A stretch of DNA of 64,000 nucleotides from Octopus sinensis (lineage: Eukaryota). Below the pieces are notes generated by a model. It was given only the letters and a program-made list of their open reading frames with translations. It did no database searches and was not told the DNA's origin. Every line of letters begins with the position of its first letter. Position 1 is the first letter of the stretch. The position numbers were made by a program, and so were the translations under genes. This document shows, piece by piece, positions 52,950 to 64,000 of the stretch. The stretch is taken from positions 78,182,001 through 78,246,000 of the forward strand of contig NC_042999.1 in the NCBI RefSeq assembly GCF_006345805.1, given 5' to 3'.

Positions 52950-53145
52950 CGGTTTTTTTGACTATTTATTAAAATTTATGTATTGATTAAGTCTTTCCTT
53001 GTTTGTTTTGCAAAATAGTGGTTTTGTCTCGAATAATATTTTATAATATTTTACTATAAAATCGATTTAATCCTAAATCTGATTTTTTCCCTGTAAATTT
53101 GGATTTATTCCCTAATATTTATTATATATATATATATATATAATA

Positions 53146-53285
53146 TGAGCTTCTTTCAATTTCCATCTACCAAATTCACTTACAAAGCTTTGGTTGGTCC
53201 TGGGCTATAGTAAAAGACACTTGCCTGAAGTGCTACACAGTGGGTTTGAACCCAGAACCATGTGGCTAGGAAGCAAGCTTCTTCC
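53146..53285 (-). mobile_element. SINE 5' fragment (same family as 5611 and 27052)
   Basis: CTTCTTTCAATTTCCATCTACCAAATTCAC..CTATAGTAAAAGACACTTGCC..AACCATGTGG. Confidence 0.7.
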
Positions 53286-56200
53286 TCTTCTTATCACCCT
53301 TGTTATTTCCAACATCCCAGGCCTTACACTAATTCCAATGCTCAGCTCTTTACTAAAATTTCAGCCATCCCTTCTTGCCTTTGTTCTTTCTGCAGGTGTT
53401 AACTTGCAATCATTCAAGAGGAACATTAATGGCATCAATCTCACTGGTGTCAGAGGGGGTGTGAAGCTATTGGCACTGCACATCCTCCAGACCCAGTAAG
53501 TAAAATGGAAAAAGAGTGGGAAAATATATATTTAAATTACATCATCATGTCTCGCCTTCACAAGTAAACATTCAGAAAGAGGGGAGTGAGGAGATGTCAT
53601 ATCTTCTGCTTGTCTACTGAAGACTAGAGTGACCTACACTGGACAAATGTGATTTGCACTTGCAACAGCTTTTTGTATGAAAGACATGGAATGACTAAGG
53701 AAAAGACAAAGTAGTAGTAATGCTGGTGGCATCAGTGGTGTCAGTTGTTGTTTCTGTAAGAGGAGGAAGAGTCAGTAGCACATCAATGTTTGTATTGCAA
53801 CAGTCTGTACTGAGTGATCAACATCATAAGACAAATGTCAAATGTGACCATTGTTTTTATCAAATAAATACCTTGCATTTAAATAACAGTATAAAGAGAG
53901 AGAACTAGCAGAGTCTTTAAAACATCTAACAGAATACCTGATGGTATTTGTTCCAGTTTTCTGTGCTTTGAGTTCATATTCTGACATGATCGACTTTGTT
54001 TTTATCCTTTCACTGTCAATAAATAGAATATCAATCCAAGGATGTAGATTGACAGTTGTTAGAGTATCAGATAAGACATCTTGCTATATCTGTTCCAACT
54101 TCTCCAATTCTTTACATTTTAAGTTCACACTCCCTATATTACTGAACTTTCCATCATAATAAAGTTATTGTGAAGCCCCAACATCCAGTCCAATGAGAAA
54201 AGGAGACTGCTTATAAAACTCCAATAAATTCACAAAACAAATGTCATATGTTCATAAGAACTCTATGTATCTATCTAAAAAATTCAGCAGGATTTAAGGC
54301 ACCTGCACTGGTGACATGTCAGAAGCACCTGTGCTGGTGACACATGAAAAACACCCAGTACACTCTGTGTAGAAGTTGGCATTAGAAAGGGCATCCATGT
54401 TTACAACCATGCCATAACAGCTCCAGTCAAACCATCTAACCTGCCAGCATGGAAAATGAATATTAAATGATGATGATGATGATAATGATTTTCATCTTAA
54501 TAATACTGAAACTCTAGATGTTTGTTTGTTCCTGAAATATCTCTGAAACAGTATATTTTATCTTAATTTTTTTAATATATTTATTTTCATATTTACTTTA
54601 TGCAGTGCAGTACGAGGTTTTGTGATATTTGGACCTCTATTCATTAATAAAAACGATTAAACACAATTTTTTTTTTGTTATTTCTTGACGAAAAAGCATG
54701 GTTTCTATGACGTCAACACACATACACACATACAGAATACACACACATATAATGAATGTCATGGTGTGTGGATCAACACAAACACACATACACTATCCGT
54801 GACATACACACACACAGAATTGCACTCTCTCTCACTATCACAAAAAATATCGACTTTCACTCCTTCCTTTCTCATACATGTGTTGTGATAGAAAAAAACC
54901 AAAAGAGTATTATTAATGTAGAAAGAATGTTTTTATTTTCTCTTTTGTTAAACACAGCACAAAGTATTGTCAGTGAACAAGTTGCAAATTTAAAGCAACA
55001 AAAATATTTTGACACAAATTAAATTTAAATGTTGAAGTGAAACTAACAGTTTTTGTGAGTTCTTCCATGCTGCAATTTTTTGTTTCAGCACACGATCTCA
55101 GATCAAGCCACTTACTGTGCAAGTACATCTCCATAATATTTTAATCATTTAGAAATATTTTTAAGTGGATGTGATTTCAAAAATGTAAATTGTTCATACA
55201 GAAAGTATTTATATTTTAATTTTCTTTAAACAGACAATATTTTAATGTTTTTTAAAATTATTTTCAAGTGAATATCATTACAAACATTTCTTTTGGCATA
55301 TTTAAAAAATATTTCAAAGTGAAAATGACTTTAAAAACATGGTAACCTTAGTGTGAAAGTTTTCTCCATAGATTTTTTTTCAAGTGCATTCACCTCCAAA
55401 GATTTGGCTGCTATTTCTAGCTCACTCTGCTACCACGTAACAACTATTTGCAATAAAGGACCTGAAATACCTGTTACATGGTAGCAGGGCATGCAAGAAA
55501 TAGCAGCCAAATCTTTCCTTTTGGGAAAAAGGAGTTGTTTATGTGTGATTTCGATGTCACATTCATTGGAAGCATTCAAAATAACCTTGAAAAGAAAATA
55601 AAACCCATAAAACAAAACTCCGTTGCTGGGAAACTCAGAGTTTCCCGGTGACCCAAAGGGTCATGGATAGTCTAGTATTATATAAAGTGTAGAGAATATG
55701 ACACAGAATGAAGTAGGTAATAAGCAATACACACTTTGTATATATATTCTATAATGAGCATTTGTTGTATTGTTAGTTAAGTTCTGGTAAATTTGCATGC
55801 AATATTCTTTACTGGTCAATGTAGAGAGCAGTAATTTAACATTTGATAATATAATAATGAATTAAAGATTAAAGATGGATTTACAATGTTGTTGCTATTT
55901 AGTCCCATGTCAACTTTGATGAACAAATTTGTTCCAACCATGACCATTCTGTCTTCTTTGCAGGTCTAACATATCTAGTACTACATTATCAAACATGCCC
56001 TTCCTTTAAGACAAGGGAGTGTGATCTGAGGGGGGATTTGGTTGCTGATTTTAGTCGGTCAAACAATTGCATAAAGAGTTCTTCATTAGCTCCTAAGTTT
56101 ACATATATTACACAGAAGAGAGCTGGTCTTGAATTACTTGCTTATGGGTCATGAGTTCATATCCATTGAAGATATTTCATTGTGTTTATAGACATGACAT

Positions 56201-57464
56201 GTTATTCTAAAGCCTTGCTTTTACTGTTGACATTATGTACCAAGTAATCAGATCTCACGAGAAGGCCAACTGCAACAGACTATCATCCTAATCAAGAAAA
56301 AATTCATTTCTCATCTTCATACTATGAAGTCCAGAGCTACACATCTGCTTTACAGCCACTCATAATTTGAACTGCATAGATAGTGGCAATAAAGGATTTC
56401 ATTCATTGCTAAATTCAGAGCACAACTTGTTTTCAATATTTTACAGATAGAAAAGGCAACAAGCTGGCACAATTGTTAGACTGCTGTGCAAAATATTTAG
56501 TGGTATTTCTTATGGTTTTAAAGTAGTGAGCTGGCAAAATCATTAGCAAGCCAGGCAAAAATGCCTAGCAGCATTTCGTACGTCTTTACATCCTGAGTCC
56601 AAATGCTGCTAGGGTTGACTTTGCCTTTTAGGGTTGATAAAATATGTAGCAGTTGAGCACAGAGGTTAATGTAATTGACTTATTCCCTTCTCAAAATTTG
56701 CTGGGCTTGTGCCAAAATTTGAAATGAATATTTTATAGATAGGAAAGCAGAAATGAATAGCCAGGGAGAAAAAGGTCTTGGAACATAAATCTTGAATTTA
56801 AATCTTCTGCATGTGTTTTTGAGTACACTTAATTATATGGGCACCAGTTTACCTAGCTATAGGTAATATAGACTATCAAGAGATGTTACCTCAGACTGAT
56901 TGGTATCACATTCTGCTTCTTTAAACCATGAGAGCACAGCGAAGCATCAACCTTTTAAAGTTCATTAAAGCTTAAATGACATTTATTTATATTTGTACAC
57001 ATTGTGTAGAAGCAATATGATATATGTCCTTAGGATAATTTAATAGGTGAAGCCAACCTCAACAAATTTGAAATCTTAGAATCATATCAGCCATTAACAA
57101 GAGACTATATGCATTAGTTATTTGAGAAGAATTGCAACAATTGTGTATAAGATACATAGAAACCAGAATCAATTATCAAGGGAGGCTGTCAAATTTAAGA
57201 AAACAAATCAGAACAAGAATAAATTTTATAAGTATTGTAGTAACAGAGATGCAGTGAAAAGTCAATGACCAGATGATAGATGTATGACAAAATAATTTAG
57301 TTCTTAATAATATTTATTATTATTATAAAATAATATTTGATAAAATATTATAAAATAATATTTGATAAAATAAGTACCAGTTGATGTAATCAACTTAGCT
57401 GTGCTGCAAACTTACTGGCTTTGTACCAAAATTTGAAACCATTATTACAAAACAGTATAAATGT

Positions 57465-57940
57465 AATGGCTGTGTGTTTAAGAGGATTGCTTCCAACCAT
57501 GTGGTCTTGGGCTCAATCCTACTGCAGAGAACCTTAGGCAGGTGTCTTCTACAGTAGCCCTGGGCTGACCAAAGCCTTGTAAGTGTACTTGGTGGTCAGA
57601 AATTGAAAGAGGTTCATTGTATCATCATCATCATCATCATCACCACCACCACCACCACCACCACCACCAGCAGCACCACCAAAACCACCACCACCAAAAC
57701 ATCATCATCATCATCATCATCATCACCACCGTCATCATCATTTAACATCCATTTTCCATATGGGTATAGGTTGTACAGTTTGACTGGAGCTGGCAAGCCA
57801 GAGTGCTGCACCAGGCTCCAATTATCTGTTTTGGCATAGTTTCTATGGCTGGATGCCCTTCTTAATGCCAACCACTTTACAGAATACTAAGTGCTTTTCA
57901 CATGGAAACAACACAGGTATTTTTTATGTGGTACCAGCAC
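57465..57940. mobile_element. SINE head (+) abutting a (CAT/CAC)n microsatellite and an RTE tail (-)
   Basis: SINE head 57465-57612; trinucleotide tract 57621-57740; TTTAACATCCATTTTCC..GGATGCCCTTCTTAATGCCAACC. Confidence 0.65.
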
Positions 57941-59579
57941 CAAGTAACTTGTGAGACAAAGACTTTTTAGCTAAGAGAAGGATTGGAACTGAGGAAAGTG
58001 GCTGTATGTTAGGCGAGAGGTTAGAGTATAATAAAGTGACAGTTGGTGTTGTATGTTAGTCAAAATACATATTAGAATTGAGAATTATGGAAATATTATT
58101 TGCAAAACTTGTACACATACATGCATGTGTGTGCACGCGCACACACACAAACACACACACACACAAAACCTTAATATATAGAGACAGATAGAGCCAACAG
58201 TGGACACTAATCTCTTGAGAGTTAATTAACATAGAACTAAAGGTTATGGATGTCTTCCTTAGAATAAAGAACTAGAGGAAAGAATTAAATCACTTTGCCT
58301 TTGAAAAGTAATCTTAATTTTTTTATCAAGATGTTGGGTGCATTAGAACCAGAAACCGTTGATACTATTGTTGCTGATATGGATGGAGCTTCTGTTTTGT
58401 TGGTAATTTTTGTGGTTTTTATTGTTCTTTCTACTGCTGCTGTTGTTTCTGTTGTTCAGACTTAAGTCACCTTTGATTGAGCAAGGTTTATGGTACACAG
58501 GTAAGTCAGCCAAAACAACTAAGTGTGACCCACATCACTCAGTTGTTCCGAATAAACCATGACACCATCTAACTGAGAAACATATTACACATTCCAACAT
58601 GCAATGGTTAATTGTATGGCAGTACAGTGTGACAGTCTGGACATAGCATACTCTTCTCTCTACTGTTGAATCTATTTCTGTACACTTATTATTGTTATTG
58701 TTGCTTTTCTCTTTGCCATTGTCATTGATTAGAATGAAGTCAACCTAAATCAAGCAAACCTTAGATAAATGGTATTCCAGCAATGACCATCCTGTCTTAT
58801 TTTCAGTCACAGTATATGTTTGACAACATTATCTAATATATTCTTCCATGTTTATAACAGTAGGATGTGAGTTAAAGTGAATTTGGCTGCTATTTCTAGT
58901 AGATCGAGCGACCATATAAAAGCTCCCACAGATTCTCCATACACTTCTAGACACTGGTTGGTGTCTTCTCTGGCAGCAGAAAAGATGAACTCAGGATGTG
59001 ACAGTTACTGAGGTGGTTATTATTGATGTATTTAATTCATTTTTGTTGTTGTTGTTGCATATGACTTCGTTTGCTTATGGATGATGTCATTATTTCACTT
59101 CTGTTACAGTAGTGTTGTTGTTGTTGTTGATAGATAACAACAATAGTTCATAAACTATTCAGCTATACCTAGATTTTTCTTATCAACCACAATTGCAGTG
59201 TGTGGTAGCATTTCCAAATTGATGAATACTCTTTGCTTAGAACATATTTTGTTGTTGTTTTACTTGGAATTGGGCATCAGTAGTACCCCATCCTGACACA
59301 AACCTGTTCATCTCACCTAAGCTAATTCTCTTACTAATCAGTGGTATCACTCTTGCTGCTCTTTGTACATAATACATATAATATCCATATCACCACCATC
59401 ACATATCTGTTGTCCATACTGGCATGAGTTAAGTTATTCAACAGGAGCTGGTGTGCCAGAGGACTGCACCAAGCTCCTATGTCTATTTTGGCATGGTTTC
59501 TACTGCTGGATGCCCTTCCTAACACCAACCACTGTACAGAGTGTAAATATATATATATAAATACATATTGCTGAGTATA

Positions 59580-59650
<71 letters not shown>

Positions 59651-59670
59651 TATATATAATATATATATAA

Positions 59671-62600
59671 TGTATTTTTAGGAAGTTAAAAGTTACAGCT
59701 GGTCATAGACTGACCATTGGTTTCACACCTATAAAGCGCTTAGCACTATAGGCATCTTGTCAGACTCAAATGGCTGAATGCCTATACTGCTAAGCACTTT
59801 ATAGGTGCAAAACTGCTGTGTGAGAGTATAAAATCCCCTGATGAGAATGAACTGGACCACTACATATAAATAGTAGCAGTCTGAGTAAGTGAGATAGTTC
59901 ATGCAAGTTCCACAGTTCATGTGTTGATACTTCAAAGTTGGAGCTCAAAGTTTACAGTTAGCATGTTGGATTGTTGGTTCTTAGAAGATTGTTGTTACGT
60001 TCTGTGTGGTTACTGCTGTTTGTTTTGATTATATTGTTATTACACTGTTGCAGTGTATTTGTTTATCCATAAGGATATAACATCTGGCGTTGAGGATCAT
60101 CCGAAACTCACATTTGTTATTTGACAATTTCTGTGTCATGGAAAACCTATTATCTGCAGTTGTACAGCATCAAGAGAAGCAACAAGAACAACTACAGGAG
60201 TTGCAAAAAGAAATACTACAACAGCAATTCACTGAATTACAGTTGGCCAAGTCTGAAAATCCAGTAAGCTCATTTATGCCAGAGGGTGTGGCTAACACAA
60301 TTTCTGAATCCACATATAATCCAGAGGAGGGTGTTATGTTTCCCATGTAATATAGAAGATATGAGGAAATTTTTAACAAATGCAAGTCATGGTCAGAGGT
60401 GCAGAAAGTAAGGCTTTTACTATGCAAGGTAGCTCCTGTCGAACAAGAGCGTTACTGTAACTTTATTCTGCCCCAAATGTTGAGTGAGCTTGGTTTCCAA
60501 GAAACTGTGGAATTGCTTTCAAATATTTTTGGTGATAGAAGTTCATTATTCAACACCAGAATGGAGTGTTGGAACATAACAAAATATGAGGAGGAGGATT
60601 TTATTATCTATGCTGGAGTAGTCAGCTGCATGTGTGAAAATTTCCTTTGTGCAAAGATTTATAGCACCTGAAGACAGAGAAATTCAGGTAAGGATTCTCT
60701 CAAACATGGAGCAAGCAAACCAGGATTTATTTCTACAGACCATCACAGAAGAATGTCAAACTATGGTAAATCTTAAACATGATGTGAAAAAAATACAAGA
60801 TAAAGACTGCAAAAATTCAAATGTATCATCCTGGGAAGCACATTCAAAAGAAAGTGCCAGGCCCCAATCTTTGTTATGTTTGTAGGGGCCTACACTACAA
60901 AAAGGGTTCCCTGTTTAAGAACAAAAAGTACTATAGTTTTCAGAAGCTGAGATACAGGGGTTCTCATTATAGAACTAGGCTACGAGACTCAAACACAAAA
61001 AGTTCTAAGGTGTTTTCAGCAGAGAGTGATTGCAACAGAAAAACAAGAAAATTTGTGCATGTAAAAATTAATGATGTGAATACCAAATTACACAGAAAGT
61101 GACATCTTGATTATAAATGCAGATACTTGGAAAAAAATTAGTAAACTGAGATTACATAAAACAGTGAAAATAGCATGTGGTGTAACAGGCGATAAATTAC
61201 ATTTCATGGGCAAAACATATATCGACATCATGTTTCAAGGGGAGACACATGAAGCAAAATTATTCGCTGTGGCTAATACAATCAATCTGTTTGGCACAGA
61301 TTGGTTAGAACTATTCGATTTATGACATCTCCCCATAAATTTGTATTGCAATAACATAAATGGTTGTTCCATTAAAAACATGTCTGCAGAAGAACTGAAG
61401 AAAAAATTGAAAAAATGTTCCTGCAAGTGTTATTTTAATCTATGTAGAAAGACAGAAGCCTGCTTCCAAGTAAATGCTGTACTCAAGCAAACAGAAAAGT
61501 ACTGTTTGCAGCAATTGAAACCATAAATGAAGAGTTGGGCAGGCTCAAAAAGAAAGGAGTCACCAAAAAGGTAGCTTACTTAAAGTGGGGGGCACCCATG
61601 GTATGTATTAAAAAAAATAATAAGATTAGGTTGTATGCCAATTTCTCTACAGGATTGAATGACTGCTTAAAAACATACCACCATCCACTCCTGACTGCAG
61701 AGGACATTTTTCAAAGTTAAATGGTGGAAAAAATTTTTCTACATTAGATCGTGGCCATTGCCAGTCTTGCCTGGCCCCCATGCGGCTGGCACGTAAAAAG
61801 CACCATCCGACCGTAGCTGTTTGCCAGCCCCGTCTGGCACCTGTGTCCGGTGGCACGTAAAAAGCACCCACTACACTCACGGAGTGGTTGGCGTTAGGAA
61901 GGGCATCCAGCCGTAGAAACATTGCCAGATCAGACTGGGCCAGGTGCAGCCTTCTGGCTTACCAGACCCCAGTTGAACCGTCCAACCCATGCTAGCATGG
62001 AAAGCGGACGCTAAATGATGATGATGATGATGATGAGATCTGTCTGAAGCCAATTTACAGATAAAAGGAAATGAAAGATGCTCAAAGTATTTGACAATAA
62101 ATACACACAGAGGATTGTACAGATACACACAATTAACTTTTGGATTAAAAGCGACACCAGTAATATGCCAGCAAATCATAGATACTATGTTATCTGAATG
62201 TGAATTTGCAATCCCATACATGGACAATATTTTTATCAAGAGTAATCCTTGTGAACAGCATGTGGAACACATAAAAGAAAATTAAAGTTTTCAGGTTCAC
62301 TTTGAGTGAAGAGAAATGTGAATTCTTTCTTCTCTAAATTAAGTACTTAGGGCAAATAATTGATAAAAGTGGTAGATGTCTTGCCTGTGCTGACAAATAT
62401 TCCAACTCTACAAGCATTTCTTGAGTTGGCAAATTATTTTCAAAGCTACATTCCTTATATGCACAAGTTAAGAGATCTGTTGAATGATTTATAAAAAAAA
62501 AAGGAGTAAAGTGGAATTGGTCCACTAAATGCTGGAACACTTTTAAAGAAATAAGAAAATTTCTAATCTCAGACCTGTCATTAGTGCATTATGATCCCAA

Positions 62601-63760
62601 TTAAGTGCAGTTCTACTTCATGAATACAAAGACAGAAGTACAAAGCCAGTGGTCCATGTTTTGTGCTCACTAATAGCAGCAGAAAGAAATATAGTCAAAT
62701 TGAAAAGGAGGCCCTAGCAATTATTTTTGCAGTTAAAAAATTTCACAGGTTTCTGCATGGCAGATGTTTTTTTTTATTGCAAACAGATCATAAACCTTTG
62801 CCTTTGATTTATGGGTCTAAAAAAGGGTTACCGACTCACACTGCAAACTGCCTGCAACATTGGGGTGTAATATTACTAAATTATAATTTCAAAATTCATT
62901 GGAAAAAATCAGTGATGTGGACTGCTTTTCGAGATTAATTCCAAAAAATATGGAACCACTAGAAGAGACTGTTATAGCCGCACTGCAGGCAGAAAGTGAA
63001 ATTAAAAGTGTAATGATGAACGTTATCCCAGAACTACCAGTGATGGCATAGGATATAAGAATGAAAACTGTAGGTGATGAGTATATTATGAAAATAAAAG
63101 AAGTTTTAAAAAATAAACAGAATAAATATTCAGATGCCAGTAGTTTTTCAATTTGCAATGATATCCCGATGTATTCCCAGAGAGTGGTCGTTCCAACTAC
63201 ATTACAAATAGGTGTATTGCAACAATTTCACAGTTGACATCCAGCAATGACAAGGATGAAAGCTCTGATGAGGAGTTAGCTGTCTATGACCAAGATATTG
63301 AAAACTTGGTGTGAATTTGCTGAAGTTGTGTGCCCATGGTCAAACCCCCACCAATAAAACATCAATCATAGCCAGAGACAAAAAACCCATGGTCTAGGTT
63401 ACACATTGACTATGCCAAACCGGTAAATGATGCTTACTACCTAATTGTAGTAGGTAGCTGTACTAAGTGGTCAGAGGTGTGCAGGTGCTATAGACCAACC
63501 TCTAAGACAACTATAAAGTTCTTATATGAATTGTTTGCATGATATGGTGTCCCTGACACACTAGTTTCAGACAATGGAGCACAGTTCTCTGGATGTGAAT
63601 TCATGAACTTCTGTAAAAGGCATGCGATAAAGCATATTGTCACTCCAACCTAACACTCGAGGTCAAATGGGCAGGTAGAAAGATTTGTGGACACCTTTAA
63701 GAGAGCGTTGAAAAAAGCAAAGAATGAATTAAGTAACAACAAAGCAAAAGGTGAGATTAA
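59671..63760 (+). mobile_element. Degraded Gypsy (Mag / K02A2.6-like) LTR retrotransposon: 5' LTR, PBS, gag-pro-RT-RNaseH-integrase
   Basis: LTR end ..ATAACA at 60082, then PBS-like TGGCGTTGAGGA (cf. tRNA-Ser TGGCGACGAGGA). Motifs NLFGTDWL, WGAPMV..KK, TINTHRGLYRYTQLTFG, PYMDNI, YSQIEKEALAIIFAVKKFH..TDHKPL, LVSDNGAQF, SNGQVERFVDTFKRALKK. The LTR start is uncertain. Confidence 0.88.
61751..62035 (+). mobile_element. Young RTE 3' fragment inserted in the Gypsy RT, with AGATC TSD
   Basis: Splits FSTLD|LSEANLQI; AGATC at 61746-61750 and 62036-62040; (ATG)n tail. Confidence 0.85.
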
Positions 63761-64000
63761 TGCTAATAATGTTCATCTAGTTCATTTAAGAAGAAACGGG
63801 CTTGGAAGAATTATCCCCCTTTAACACTAACAATGAGATCACACTTTATTATGTCAAAAGTTCATTCTACATATACAAATAAAATCTAAAGCATATGTTT
63901 TATCTTTTTTAATCAATTTTCTTCCTTGTTTGTCTTTTGCATACAGCTACCTCTAGTTAACAACAAAAACAAATTCTTCAGACTATTTGGATGCTTCATT

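Larger units (their letters stand above)
45256..53120 (-). mobile_element. Naiad-type Penelope-like element, 5'-truncated, with inverted pLTR
   Basis: RT plus Cys cluster plus GIY-YIG coding region at 50630-52337; ~710-bp near-identical inverted repeats 45256-45966 / 52338-53045 with hammerheads; ~75-bp extension beyond the right arm; (TA)n on both flanks. Confidence 0.9.

Noticed and set aside
53370-53500. Exon-like segment with a polypyrimidine tract and TGCAG|G
   Set aside because: Resembles the 3' end of the L2/Crack-like LINE seen at ~11250 and ~35920; no recognisable host protein.

Overview
AT-rich, microsatellite-dense eukaryotic DNA whose repeat complement (tRNA-derived SINEs, RTE LINE tails ending in (ATG)n, long (TA)n/(CA)n tracts) looks like an octopus/cephalopod genome; the taxon is inferred. 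The only host coding sequence I can support is the first coding exon of a PP2A B56 regulatory subunit gene (wdb / PPP2R5A-B-E group; minus strand, 4475-4616) next to a CpG-rich promoter-like region. A second CpG-rich zone at about 22-27 kb has a CTCF-like motif and three diverged ~165-bp repeats. The rest is mostly transposon-derived: a young RTE LINE, CR1, L2/Crack, R4/Dong, mariner, hAT, Helitron, a piggyBac MITE and two Gypsy remnants. The most striking structure is a young Naiad-type Penelope-like element (45256-53120). It has RT and GIY-YIG in one frame broken by a single TAA, ~710-bp inverted pseudo-LTRs each with a minimal hammerhead ribozyme, and a ~5.4-kb 3' region of strand-skewed ~1-kb tandem units plus a diverged inverted copy and hairpins. 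Further hammerhead motifs occur in other PLE-like remnants, one of them downstream of a tRNA-like Pol III promoter. All calls come from reading the sequence; no searches were run.
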